A stretch of DNA of 64,000 nt from IMG/VR virus record IMGVR_UViG_2834631226_000004, positions 1-64,000 of that record, one strand, 5' to 3'. The notes below the pieces were generated by a model. That model was not told the origin of the DNA, made no database searches, and saw only the letters and a program-made list of their open reading frames with translations. How positions within the stretch are numbered: position 1 is the first letter of the stretch; every line of letters begins with the position of its first letter. The DNA comes from a virus (taxonomy: Duplodnaviria; Caudoviricetes). Position numbers and translations under genes: made by a program. Of this stretch, positions 34,336 to 43,551 are shown one piece after another.

Positions 34336-34688
34336 GAAGCCTCCCCCTGCACCACAAGCAGCTCGATCCACTGGTTGCGCTCGTCGATGTTGACCGCAGC
34401 CTTGATCGCGTAAACCACGCCAGATCGCTTATTCCGCGCCCGCCATGCTGGCGTGATTGTGCGCGTGCGTTCGTTGCTGCGTACAGTCATGGTGAAGGGC
34501 TGCAAGCCTTGCAGGCGGTTGGCTATGACCGTTTCAGATCCTGCGCGCGGTTCAAGGCGGGCTGGCTCCACGAATTGCTCAGCGAAGCCGACCACCACAC
34601 CGCCATACCCATCGTCACCCTCGACCTCGGCCTCAAAGGCGATGCGCTCACTCAGCGAGCCTGCGCCCACCCTCTTGCGTTTTGGCAT
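34332..34688 (-). CDS. Head-tail adaptor / head closure protein
   Basis: AGSLSERIAF..DDGYGG..E..ANRLQG.QP..TVR..W.A. Confidence 0.8.
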   Translation of the reverse strand: MPKRKRVGAGSLSERIAFEAEVEGDDGYGGVVVGFAEQFVEPARLEPRAGSETVIANRLQGLQPFTMTVRSNERTRTITPAWRARNKRSGVVYAIKAAVNIDERNQWIELLVVQGEAS

Positions 34689-34833
34689 TCGGTCGATCCT
34701 TGGTGGGTTCAGCAGCCTTAGCCGCTATTGCAGCCGCAGCGCACTTGCGCGTGACGTTGTAGAGGCCGACCGGATACGCGACGGTGAAGCCTGGCTGACG
34801 CCAATCGAACGGTTCATGGAAGCGGAGCCACAT
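34648..34833 (-). CDS. Small neck-region protein
   Basis: MW.RF..FDW..VAY..G..V.R.CA..A pattern typical of this position in rhizobial siphophages. Confidence 0.55.
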   Translation of the reverse strand: MWLRFHEPFDWRQPGFTVAYPVGLYNVTRKCAAAAIAAKAAEPTKDRPNAKTQEGGRRLAE

Positions 34834-35161
34834 AGTCGTCCGCCACTGTTCGCCAGACACGCCACGGTGCCAGAAGCATCCGCACTGCGCGCGGAAGGAC
34901 CGCGTCGCCAGTTGCCTTCGGGTCGGGCTCGCGCACCTCGTAAAGATCGCCGGTCACAAGAAGTATCGCCGACACGATCGCGGGCGTTGCTGCAATGCCG
35001 TCGACAGCAGAAGGCGTTTCACCGACGGCTACAACTTCGCGATCTAGATGCTGCGTAACGATGCTTTCTGCAGCATCACGGTAAAGGCCGATCTCCACAT
35101 CTTCATCTTCATGAAAGACACGGAGATGCTTTTTGACGGTTTCGAGATCGACGATTGCCAT
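34814..35161 (-). CDS. Head-tail connector (HK97 gp6-like)
   Basis: VDLETVKKHLRV..EDVEI..Y..AAE..AILL..GDLYE.RE. Confidence 0.85.
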   Translation of the reverse strand: MAIVDLETVKKHLRVFHEDEDVEIGLYRDAAESIVTQHLDREVVAVGETPSAVDGIAATPAIVSAILLVTGDLYEVREPDPKATGDAVLPRAVRMLLAPWRVWRTVADDYVAPLP

Positions 35162-35162
35162 A

Positions 35163-35504
35163 TCAAGCCGCCACTACTGCGGACGTCGGCGCGCTTGTGA
35201 CGGGCACACTGCCCTTGTCATTCGCGGCCGTGACGCGGACCGTGATGGCCTTTCCAACGTCGCCGGTGGCCGGCACATAGGTAGCCGCAGTGGCGCCAGA
35301 AATCGCGACGCCAGCAGCGAACCACTGCCGCGCGTAAGTCGGCGAGCCGGACCATGTGCCGGTTGTCGACGTCAGCGTCTGGCCAACCTGCGCAGTGCCC
35401 GTGATGGCAGGTGCAACAGAATTCACCGGGGAGCCGATACCGTTGACGATACCGGCGCCGATATAGGACGCGACCCTGCGCTTACGAACCTTCGTTGACA
35501 GCAT
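35163..35504 (-). CDS. Ig-like beta-sandwich protein (possible virion decoration)
   Basis: PVNSVAPAITGTAQVGQTLT..GTW..YARQW..GATAATY..D.G.AITVRVTA.N..G. Confidence 0.65.
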   Translation of the reverse strand: MLSTKVRKRRVASYIGAGIVNGIGSPVNSVAPAITGTAQVGQTLTSTTGTWSGSPTYARQWFAAGVAISGATAATYVPATGDVGKAITVRVTAANDKGSVPVTSAPTSAVVAA

Positions 35505-35748
35505 CGGGTTTGTCCTTCTTCTTCGTCGAGCGAGCAGAGGAGATCACCGGCTTGTCACCGGCTTCATCCGCGTCGTCGTATTCAGCAGAGGTTTCAGCCT
35601 TTGCCTCGCCGATGATGTCGACCAGACCCTGCGCCTCAAGCTGCTTCGCCTCGCCTGCCTCGACTTTGAACGGATCGCTCTTTTTGGTCTTCAGGTCTTT
35701 GCCGACGGCGAACGTGCGCTTCGCCTTTACTTCCAGAAAATCGGTCAT
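35482..35748 (-). CDS. Small head-associated protein
   Basis: GGGAG RBS; usual position immediately after the capsid gene. Confidence 0.6.
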   Translation of the reverse strand: MTDFLEVKAKRTFAVGKDLKTKKSDPFKVEAGEAKQLEAQGLVDIIGEAKAETSAEYDDADEAGDKPVISSARSTKKKDKPDAVNEGS

Positions 35749-35782
35749 GTTCACTCCCTAAGAAAAAGGCCCCTTAAGGGGC

Positions 35783-36493
35783 CTAGATCAGGTAAATTTG
35801 TTTCGCTTGCTTTCGGACATTGTCTGACGCCCAAAGTGGCCGCAGATTGGTCAGCGCCCAAGCCGCCTTAAAGCCTTTGCAATCGGCTGTACTGAATTCG
35901 AAACTCGACTTAGGCACGATATGATCGATGTGCCACTCACTGCGATTTTCCCAAGACATGCCGGGGAGAAACTGCCGCTCAAGATGCCGTACAAGATCCT
36001 CGAGCGAGTAGTCGACAAGGTCACGCCAGCTTTTGCCAGACTTTCCTGCTGCCAAACCTCGCGAAATCATCGTGCTCATATGCCGAGATACAGCGATTTC
36101 TGGTCGCCTACGTTGGTCTCTGTACCAAGCGTTGAACTTTTCCTTGCGGTGCGGATCGCCGCTTCGGGATTTCGATCTTTCCCGAGCCCTGGCTCTGTCT
36201 GCATCTGGCCTGCATGGCTCGCAATAAAGCGCTCGGCTTTTCGATGTAGCTACGAAATACGAGCCGCAAAGCTGGCAACAAAAGGTCTCCCCTTTTACCT
36301 TGGGGACGCCATTTTTGCGCCGTCTGCGTTCCGATGCCTCTACATCTTTTGCACGCTTTCGAGAGGCTTTGCAGGCCTCGCAGTATTGTGCGTGCAGCGT
36401 TTTACCAAAAACAGCAGAACTGCAACCTGGGCATGACTTAGTGCGCAAACTTTGAGCGGTGCCATTACCGGAGGTACCGTTAGGCACAAGCAT
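35783..36493 (-). CDS. Free-standing HNH-like homing endonuclease with N-terminal Zn fingers
   Basis: Three CxxC groups; WHIDHIVPKS..W.LTNLRPLWA.DN..K. Confidence 0.75.
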   Translation of the reverse strand: MLVPNGTSGNGTAQSLRTKSCPGCSSAVFGKTLHAQYCEACKASRKRAKDVEASERRRRKNGVPKVKGETFCCQLCGSYFVATSKSRALYCEPCRPDADRARARERSKSRSGDPHRKEKFNAWYRDQRRRPEIAVSRHMSTMISRGLAAGKSGKSWRDLVDYSLEDLVRHLERQFLPGMSWENRSEWHIDHIVPKSSFEFSTADCKGFKAAWALTNLRPLWASDNVRKQAKQIYLI

Positions 36494-36595
36494 CTTTGAA
36501 CCCTTACGTTCTCAGGTGTTTGCGTAACGGTGAGACTGCAATCCCGCCGTTACGCTCCTCTAAGGAGATAAGAGTTTCAGCTGTTTTTATCCAGC

Positions 36596-37804
36596 TTACG
36601 CGCCTTCAACATCGCCAGTAACAAACGCCTCAGGACGATAGACGGCGAACGCCAATCGTTCTTCAGCGCGGATCGACACGAGGTTGTTCTCGAAGTCTTT
36701 GTCGTTCTCGGTCGACAGCAGAACCTCGATATCCATGCGGTCGAAGATCTGAGCCGCGAAGCTGAACGCGCCGGTAAGGAATTCACCTGCGGCCATGGCC
36801 TGCGTCGAAACGACCGGCAGGTTCCAGAGCGTCGGAGTAAGCGAGCCCTGCGGATTGCCGATGATGTAGTTGCCGCCGGCATCCTTGGTCAGCTCGATCT
36901 TCGCCCAGTCGATCGGGTTCAGGACGAACGCGGTTGCCGGATACTCGGCGAGAACGACCTGCAGAACAGCCAGACGGAGACGGTCGATGCCCGTTTCGTC
37001 AGCGGCAGCAAACGCCGGATTGAATGCAGTCGCCTGCGGGACGAGACCGTGAATGTTCTGGCCGGTGCCAGAGCCGTTCAGCAGCTGGTTTTCCTCGACA
37101 AAACGGAGACCGTAGCGCGCACGACCGTCGATCATCGAGCGAAGACCGGGTGCGTCGTCCATGATCTGGCGAGAAGCCTTGAAGAGGTGAGCGATCGTGC
37201 GGACAGGTGCCGACGCGAGATCGTAAGTCAGATCAGAATAAGGCTTCGCGGCACCTTCTGCGACAGGCGCTGCGTTATTGGTGAAGCCGGTTTCCTTGAC
37301 ATACTCCACGTTGCCGGAAGAGGTCTGACCAGGAAGCACGAGATCACGGATCGTCAGCTGACGATCGGGAAGCGCAATGATGCCAGGCCTGCGGTCACCT
37401 GGGACAAGCGAAGTGCCAGGGGAGCGGCCTGCGCCGACGGTCGTATTTGCCGTGGTGATCGCGGCTCGATCGGCCTTCACACGGATAGAACCGCGGGCGC
37501 CGCCCTGCAGGTCACCATTGGTAAATCCGACCGATTCAACGACCAGCTCACCGAGCGACTTATGCTCATTTTCGCCGCTTTCGGTTTCTCGAGCGGCACG
37601 CTTTTCAAGGTCGCCAAGGCGGGTCGTAACGTCGCCTAGCTCAGACAGCGCCTTGTCGGTCTTTTCCTTCAGCTCCGCCGAAACTTCGCCGTTGGCGGCA
37701 AGCTTCGTGGTAAAGTCGGTTGCGAGATTGCCCACCTGCTCCTTGATGGACGCAAGCGAAGTACCGAGCTCGCCGATCTTATCGGCAAGTTGATTATCAG
37801 CCAT
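36596..37804 (-). CDS. HK97-family major capsid protein (prophage)
   Basis: ETGFTNNAAPVAEG.AKP.SDL, IRAEERLAFAVYRPEAF; after portal and protease. Confidence 0.95.
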   Translation of the reverse strand: MADNQLADKIGELGTSLASIKEQVGNLATDFTTKLAANGEVSAELKEKTDKALSELGDVTTRLGDLEKRAARETESGENEHKSLGELVVESVGFTNGDLQGGARGSIRVKADRAAITTANTTVGAGRSPGTSLVPGDRRPGIIALPDRQLTIRDLVLPGQTSSGNVEYVKETGFTNNAAPVAEGAAKPYSDLTYDLASAPVRTIAHLFKASRQIMDDAPGLRSMIDGRARYGLRFVEENQLLNGSGTGQNIHGLVPQATAFNPAFAAADETGIDRLRLAVLQVVLAEYPATAFVLNPIDWAKIELTKDAGGNYIIGNPQGSLTPTLWNLPVVSTQAMAAGEFLTGAFSFAAQIFDRMDIEVLLSTENDKDFENNLVSIRAEERLAFAVYRPEAFVTGDVEGA

Positions 37805-37816
37805 GAGTGGCTCCTT

Positions 37817-38935
37817 TTATCGAATGAGTGGTGATTTTGCTTCGGCGATAAGCCGTTCAATGGCTGCCAAAGCAGCAGCATCCGCATCGATGTCAGGAGC
37901 CCCCTGACCATCCTTGAGGTAGAGCCGAGCGGCCCGCTCTGCCTCAGAGCCCGACAACCCCATCAGTCCCCTGATGCCGTTTTCAAACTCGCGTTTTGTG
38001 ATTTGCTCGCCAGCCGTCATCTTCGCGACCAGCGTTTGTGCGGCTTCAGCCTTTGCGGCGTTCGCAGCCTTGATACGCCTCACCGGAGCAGGCTCGACGT
38101 CGGCGCCGTAGCGGGCCAAAGTCTCGTCAAGCGTCGCAATCCGGTCGACCATGCCGCGGTCCATTAGCGCTTCTGCGTAGAAAACGCGCCCCTGACCATA
38201 GCCATCCTCAACCTTGCTGACAGTCACGCCGCGCCCTTCAGCGACGGCTGCGACAAAGCGATTGTACGAGCGGTTCACGCCGTCCTGCACATGTGCGAGG
38301 GCATCCTTGCCAAGCGGCTCGGTTTCGTTACCTTCGACCTTGTGCTTACCAGCAGAGATGTAGGTGCGCTTGATGCCGCGCTGCTCAAGAGCTGCGGATA
38401 GGTCATCGTGTGCAGTGTAGACGCCTATCGAACCAGCGCGGCCGGAAGGCGTGACGACGATTTCGTCCGTCGACGCCGCGATCCAGTAAGCCGCACTTGC
38501 AGCCAGGCTGTTGACCTGAGCAATGATCGGCTTCTCGCCGCCACGTAGCTTGCGGATCTCGGTGGCTAGTTCGTCGGTGCCTGGAACCGTGCCGCCAGGG
38601 CTGTCGATGTCGAGCACGACAGCCTTGATGTCGGCGTTAGATAGCGCCTTGTGCAGCGCTTTCTTGATGCCGGCATAGGAAGTGCCGCCGCTCATCGCGG
38701 AAAACAGGTCCATCTTGTCAGCCAAGACCCCGTAAACCGGGATAATGGCCACGCTGCCGGTCGATTCCGCGATTTCCTTCGCTCGGGCCTCGTCGATTGA
38801 GGCGGCGAACTCGGACGAAAACAGCTTCTCACCTTCGGCCCGCGCCACCAAAACATCAGCCAAAACGCCCAGTTTTTCGCGCTGAATAGCCCAAGGCTCG
38901 GCCAAAAAGACCGAAATCAGGTGTTCAAACTTCAT
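37817..38935 (-). CDS. S49-family prohead protease
   Basis: LDIDSPGG, AASAAYWIA, GSIGV, K.EGN..EPL. Confidence 0.92.
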   Translation of the reverse strand: MKFEHLISVFLAEPWAIQREKLGVLADVLVARAEGEKLFSSEFAASIDEARAKEIAESTGSVAIIPVYGVLADKMDLFSAMSGGTSYAGIKKALHKALSNADIKAVVLDIDSPGGTVPGTDELATEIRKLRGGEKPIIAQVNSLAASAAYWIAASTDEIVVTPSGRAGSIGVYTAHDDLSAALEQRGIKRTYISAGKHKVEGNETEPLGKDALAHVQDGVNRSYNRFVAAVAEGRGVTVSKVEDGYGQGRVFYAEALMDRGMVDRIATLDETLARYGADVEPAPVRRIKAANAAKAEAAQTLVAKMTAGEQITKREFENGIRGLMGLSGSEAERAARLYLKDGQGAPDIDADAAALAAIERLIAEAKSPLIR

Positions 38936-38944
38936 GATTTTCCC

Positions 38945-40174
38945 TTATGCAGCGCGCGCTGCTGGCGTTGGCGCCGGAGTTTCGGTCTTCCCGAGCGTAT
39001 CGAGGCGCGTCATCGTGCCGTTCACGATGGCCTTGTTGCCGCCGTCCACTGGCGCCTTGTCTTCGTAAGAGCGAGCCTCATCGACGAGGTAGATGCCGTT
39101 CGTGACCATCTTCGACAGGAATTCTGCTCGCGCCGTGCTGTCGCCGCGCAAGAGTTCTTCCATGTTGAACTTCACCTTCGTGGTCTTCCTCGTCTTTGCG
39201 TCCAGCAAGTCACGATAAATTGCCGCTTCGATGCGCTTGAGCATCGGCCGCATGCAGGTTTTGGTGAATTGGAGGATCAGCTGCTCGATGCCGCTGCCCC
39301 AAGTCGTAGTGCCGTTTGCTGCGTGCCCGATCATAACGGGCGGCACACCGAAGATGCGGCAAATTTGCTCTACACTGTACTGCCTCGCCTCAAGGAACTG
39401 TGCGTCCTTGGGGTTGATCGACATTGGATACGGCTTGAAACCGGCCTCCAATACCGTCACCCCGCCAGCCTTCTCGGCGCCGGCGAACTGCGTCAGCGTG
39501 TCGGATATCTGCTTTCGCTGCTCAGGCTTCAGGATTTGATCCGAGCTGACAATGAGCGACGAAAGCAGGCCGTTCTTGAACATCCGGCCGGCGACTTTCT
39601 CGCCCGCCAATGCGCTCCCGACTGTATTGCGCACAACGGCAATCGGCGACATGCCGCGATCACAGCCAGGCAGCCGCACGCCGCGGACGTGAAACATCTT
39701 ACCTTCGGGCACTCGACGCTTTTTGCCGTCTTCCGTCACCTCGTAGTATCGCGTGTTCCTGCCGTCTTTCGACCGGCACACATCGACGCTCAAGGGGTGA
39801 AGCGGGTTAAGCGCCACCAGGCGCTCGCCGTTCATCTTCTTTTCGGCGAAAAAGTTGCCGTCCAACAGCAAGCACATCGCCGCCATCGACCAGAACTCTG
39901 GCGCCGTGTCGTCCATGTTCGGCATGTCGTGCAGAAGCTCGTAAAGCGGAGCGTTCTTATCGACCGTCACGCCGTCCTTGCCGTAAACGATGCAAGGAAG
40001 GGTGCCGGCCGCGTTCTGCACGAGGTTGACGCATGCCCAGACCGCATCAAGCGAAAGGGCGCTCTCAATCGTGACTGTCTCCCCGGACGTGGTGCCAAGG
40101 CCAAAGAAGCCTCGCCAGAACTCGCCGTCGGTGAGCTTGATAGGCCTTCCGACCCATCTCTCAAAAAAGCCCAT
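38945..40174 (-). CDS. HK97-family portal protein
   Basis: SLDAVWACV..LP, GNFFA..G.SPI, DAQFLEARQ..ICRIFGVPP..G, F.M..LLRGD..R. Confidence 0.95.
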   Translation of the reverse strand: MGFFERWVGRPIKLTDGEFWRGFFGLGTTSGETVTIESALSLDAVWACVNLVQNAAGTLPCIVYGKDGVTVDKNAPLYELLHDMPNMDDTAPEFWSMAAMCLLLDGNFFAEKKMNGERLVALNPLHPLSVDVCRSKDGRNTRYYEVTEDGKKRRVPEGKMFHVRGVRLPGCDRGMSPIAVVRNTVGSALAGEKVAGRMFKNGLLSSLIVSSDQILKPEQRKQISDTLTQFAGAEKAGGVTVLEAGFKPYPMSINPKDAQFLEARQYSVEQICRIFGVPPVMIGHAANGTTTWGSGIEQLILQFTKTCMRPMLKRIEAAIYRDLLDAKTRKTTKVKFNMEELLRGDSTARAEFLSKMVTNGIYLVDEARSYEDKAPVDGGNKAIVNGTMTRLDTLGKTETPAPTPAARAA

Positions 40175-40198
40175 CAGGCCTCACCACTAGGTTGCCCG

Positions 40199-41860
40199 TC
40201 ACCAGGTGACAGAGATGATATTGTTGACGAAGTCGTCCAGGTTGCCGCTATCGCCGCCCTCGTAGGTTCCGGCCATCGCCGTTGCCATTGCCAAGGCGAC
40301 TGCGCCGTCGATGCGGCGTTCGCGATTGTGTTTGACGAGCTTTCGATTGCCGGCAGGATCCGCTTTGACGGTGGCGTTCATCATGCACATCGTCAGAACC
40401 GGGTGGTCGCCGTGGGCCAGATTGCCGTTCAGGATGATGCTCTCAAGCTCGCGAAGTGCCGGAGACATCGACTGGAAGCCCTGCCCGAAAGGCTGGAAAA
40501 CAGCATCATCGCCCTCAAGCTGATCGTCCGTGAAGCCGGCCTTCTGCAGCCATGGCTTCAGATGCCTGAAATTCCAGCGGTCAAACGCGATCTTGCGGAT
40601 ATCCATCTCTTCGAAACGGTCGCGCAGATAATGCGCAACGAACTCGTAGTCGACGGTTCTGCCTGGGGCGGCCTCGAGATGCCCATCCTTGTGCCACACA
40701 TCGTACGGCACACGGTCGGCCTTAGCTTTCGCGCGTATGCCGTCGCCGGGCAGCCAGAACGTCGGCTTCACGTGCCAGATGGTTTTGCCTTCCTGCTCCT
40801 TCGGCGCCATGAGCATCAGAGCAGTCAGGTCGCTCACCTCAGAAAGGTCGAGCCCACCAAATACAGGGAGACCATCAAAGTCCACAACTCGAGCGTTGCA
40901 CGCTCGCCAAATAGCCGGCGACACAAACGGAGCATTGGCATCGATCCTTTGATTGAGATGGAGCCAGCGAAAGCTGGCCTCCTCGGTCGGCATTCGTGCC
41001 GCGCGCTCCGCGTCGTCGCGAACCGATGAAACGGACTTGAACTTACCAAGCGCAGGGTTCGCGGCCTTCCACGCTTCCTCGTCGAGGACGTCGCAATCAG
41101 CAGGAGCCGTGTAGAGGTGCGAAACCGTTCGTGGTGCTTGTGACGTCTCGGCATCGTCCAGCCACCGCGAGAACAAGTCGCCGTCAGTTGCCGCTTGCGT
41201 CGAGATGGCGAAGATCATTGCCTTGTCGCCGTAAGCGCCTTGCGACGTCACGATCGCTTCGACGAAGTCGTCGTGCGGGCCTTTGATCTGGCCGACCTCA
41301 TCGAGGATAGCGACCAGTGGCGAACCGCCGTGCGCGCTCTTGGCTTCTGCAGAGCTGGCCTGGTATTCTACTGCTTTACTCAGGCCAACAATTGTTTTGC
41401 TGGAGGGCACAAGTCTGTATTTTTTGTTGAGCTCAGGAGACAGCAGAAGCATCTTGCTGGCGTAATTGTAGACCTCTGCCGCTTGTTTGCGCGACCGAGC
41501 GCCCGACATCATACGGCTGTTTGGAAACGCCTCAGGCCCCACGATATGAGCCAACAGAAGACATGCTATTGTTGCCGTCTTCGAATTCTTGCGTGCAATC
41601 GACAGGTACGCCCTGCCCGTTCCATGAGGGTTGTCGTAAACCGCCAGGATAAAGCACTCTTGGAAGTCAAGAAGTCTGATAGGTTGGCCGACAAGATCCC
41701 CCTCCGGGACAACCAAAAAACCCTCGATAAATCGGCATACCTTCTCACCTCGCGTAAGCTCGCCGACCGGAAGTCTGCGCCAGTCCCGCCTTACGGGGAT
41801 GGGACCGCTCTTAATCGCCTCCAAAACACTTGGCGGCCAACTCAGATTTTGGCCGGTCAT
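40199..41860 (-). CDS. terL: Terminase large subunit
   Basis: SIARKNSKT (Walker A), AILDEV (Walker B), GGLDLS..DLTA, IAFDRW, RIDGAVALAMA. Confidence 0.95.
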   Translation of the reverse strand: MTGQNLSWPPSVLEAIKSGPIPVRRDWRRLPVGELTRGEKVCRFIEGFLVVPEGDLVGQPIRLLDFQECFILAVYDNPHGTGRAYLSIARKNSKTATIACLLLAHIVGPEAFPNSRMMSGARSRKQAAEVYNYASKMLLLSPELNKKYRLVPSSKTIVGLSKAVEYQASSAEAKSAHGGSPLVAILDEVGQIKGPHDDFVEAIVTSQGAYGDKAMIFAISTQAATDGDLFSRWLDDAETSQAPRTVSHLYTAPADCDVLDEEAWKAANPALGKFKSVSSVRDDAERAARMPTEEASFRWLHLNQRIDANAPFVSPAIWRACNARVVDFDGLPVFGGLDLSEVSDLTALMLMAPKEQEGKTIWHVKPTFWLPGDGIRAKAKADRVPYDVWHKDGHLEAAPGRTVDYEFVAHYLRDRFEEMDIRKIAFDRWNFRHLKPWLQKAGFTDDQLEGDDAVFQPFGQGFQSMSPALRELESIILNGNLAHGDHPVLTMCMMNATVKADPAGNRKLVKHNRERRIDGAVALAMATAMAGTYEGGDSGNLDDFVNNIISVTW

Positions 41861-41874
41861 GCATTAGGCTCCAA

Positions 41875-42330
41875 TCACGCAAGCAAATCGCTGTCTGATC
41901 TAACTCCCGCCTCAATCTCCTTGGCCTGGTCTCGACGCTTGGCAGCGTCCCTCGCCTCGCCCTGTACGGCTCGCGCATGCAGCGCCAGCGATCGGCGGAA
42001 CGAAAGAATGGAAGAAGCGTGCATCTGGACCACGGACTTGCGCGGATTGGCCACGGGCGTGCCTTTCTCGGTGACTGCGACCGAACCTTCGGTGCGGAGC
42101 ATGTCCTGCTCCCTCACAAGGTCGGCCATTGTGCGAGCAAGCATCGCGGCAATCTCAAGCTGGTGCGCCGACCAATCGGCGCGGGCGTATTCTGCGATGA
42201 CGTTCTTGAAAAACGGGACGTCACAGTCGTCGAGCGGCACGTTTTCGGGAAACTGGATATCCTCAGATGCCGCCGAAGCAATCCTTATGGCCTCATCAAC
42301 GCTGTCGACGCGGCTTTTCTTCTCAGACAT
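41875..42330 (-). CDS. terS: Terminase small subunit (P27-like)
   Basis: EG.VAVT.KGTPVANP..; directly upstream of terL; GGGGA RBS before MSEKK. Confidence 0.8.
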   Translation of the reverse strand: MSEKKSRVDSVDEAIRIASAASEDIQFPENVPLDDCDVPFFKNVIAEYARADWSAHQLEIAAMLARTMADLVREQDMLRTEGSVAVTEKGTPVANPRKSVVQMHASSILSFRRSLALHARAVQGEARDAAKRRDQAKEIEAGVRSDSDLLA

Positions 42331-42449
42331 GCGGAATCCCCTCGCGCACGCGCGCTTGCGCACGCGCTAGGCAAAAATCTGTGTTTGCATTTGAATTGCG
42401 TTACCCCGCCGGTCCTGCGGTGGGCGGTCGGCCACTTTCGAGGCACCCC
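42331..42449 (-). other. Putative cos region of the prophage
   Basis: Between HNH and terS, the usual cos position in HK97-like phages; contains the 43-bp block shared with 2106-2148. Confidence 0.7.
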
Positions 42450-42770
42450 CTAGCCACCGACATCGACAGGATATCCATCGACACCAATGACCACGGCCTG
42501 CTGGCCTCGCTCGATGCGAGCCTTCAGCTTGTCGTGGCATGGAGCGCAAAGTGATTGGAGGTTCGATGGGTCGTAAAACAAAGCCTCGTCGCCCTTGTGC
42601 GGCTCGATATGGTCACACACCGTAGCTTCAGTGACATCCTCAATGGCCAGGCAGAACCGACACAAGGGCTCGGCAGCAAGCTGAGCCTCGCGCAGTCGCG
42701 CCCATCGTGCCGTCTTGTAGAGGCGACGGTAAAGTGCAGCTTCTGCTGAGCGCCCGTAGGGTTTGAACAT
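42450..42770 (-). CDS. Packaging HNH endonuclease (gp74-like)
   Basis: EPLCRFC..VCDHIEPHKGD..LF.D.SNLQSLC..CHD; upstream of cos and terS. Confidence 0.9.
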   Translation of the reverse strand: MFKPYGRSAEAALYRRLYKTARWARLREAQLAAEPLCRFCLAIEDVTEATVCDHIEPHKGDEALFYDPSNLQSLCAPCHDKLKARIERGQQAVVIGVDGYPVDVGG

Positions 42771-42834
42771 TGCACTACACCCTTATGACGTGCAATGTTC
42801 AATGCTGGGTAGACATTGAGCTGGGGCAAGCAAG

Positions 42835-43044
42835 ATGGGTGTCTTTACAGAAGAAGAGATTGCAGCAGAACTTAGTCGGCGCAGTAACGAAACGGCCAAG
42901 ATCGAAGCGGACCGAGCCGAAAAGGCGCGCCAGGATGAATTAAGCCGATGCGACACCGTATGCTTGATGTGCTGCACGCCGGTTGTCTCGTACCTGACGA
43001 CCGACCCAGAGAACCCTCTGTGCGACGTCTGCCTTGGTGACTAG
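42835..43044 (+). CDS. Small Zn-finger protein, antisense to the late operon
   Basis: CDTVCLMC..LCDVC; 69 aa. Confidence 0.5.
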   Translation: MGVFTEEEIAAELSRRSNETAKIEADRAEKARQDELSRCDTVCLMCCTPVVSYLTTDPENPLCDVCLGD

Positions 43045-43062
43045 CTGAACCAAGCAGAAAGC

Positions 43063-43100
43063 AAAAGCGGCCCGCTCAACCAGCAAAGGGAACGGGCCGC
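43063..43100 (-). terminator. Terminator after the tRNA-Met
   Basis: Minus strand GCGGCCCGTT...AGCGGGCCGC-TTTT. Confidence 0.6.
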
Positions 43101-43249
43101 ACGATCACCATGCAAGCGGAGGAGAACGCGCATGGGATTGGGAAGGAACGTGCACCCGCAGATGCACGCGTTGCGCCAAGGACGCGAAGCAAGGAACGAC
43201 CGGAAAGCCCCAATCTTCTCAGGAGTTACAATTTCCTGCCTTGCTGAGT

Positions 43250-43326
43250 TGGTTGCGGAGGTGAGATTTGAACTCACGGCCTTCAGGTTATGAGCCTGAC
43301 GAGCTACCATACTGCTCTACTCCACG
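43250..43326 (-). tRNA. Phage-encoded initiator-type tRNA-Met(CAT)
   Basis: CGTGGAGTAGAGCAGTATGGTAGCTCGTCAGGCTCATAACCTGAAGGCCGTGAGTTCAAATCTCACCTCCGCAACCA; C1:A72 mismatch and TCAGG-CTCATAA-CCTGA arm as in alphaproteobacterial fMet tRNA; encoded CCA. Confidence 0.93.
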
Positions 43327-43421
43327 TGATAGTTACCCGCCCACCACTGCGCGTCCACAGCGGATGCCTGTCAATTCAGGGCCAAGCTTGCAAGCAGAGG
43401 GTTGGGGCGTGATAGTTACCC
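43325..43421 (-). repeat. 14-bp direct repeat (43325-43338 and 43408-43421) framing a 72-nt structured unit
   Basis: CGTGATAGTTACCC occurs twice, 83 nt apart. Confidence 0.75.
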
Positions 43422-43551
43422 AAAGCTCAGAGGCTGCAGCGAATGCAGCATGGCGATGGGTCCGACGCATAGCGCTCGGAATGTTGTGGGGTTCGCAACT
43501 ACGTTGCGCCACCCCTTCACATTACTCTCTCCGAGATCGCGGAAAGGGACG

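Noticed and set aside
38921-41029. 702-aa plus-strand ORF and many other long antisense ORFs in the track (e.g. 151..798, 13899..14651, 41195..42370, 49750..50616)
   Set aside because: They shadow well-supported genes on the other strand, lack motifs and RBS, and are expected in high-GC coding DNA.
43325-43421. GGTAACTATCACG resembling the 23S rRNA / I-CeuI site GGTAACTATAACG
   Set aside because: Short match with no rRNA context; treated only as a local direct repeat.
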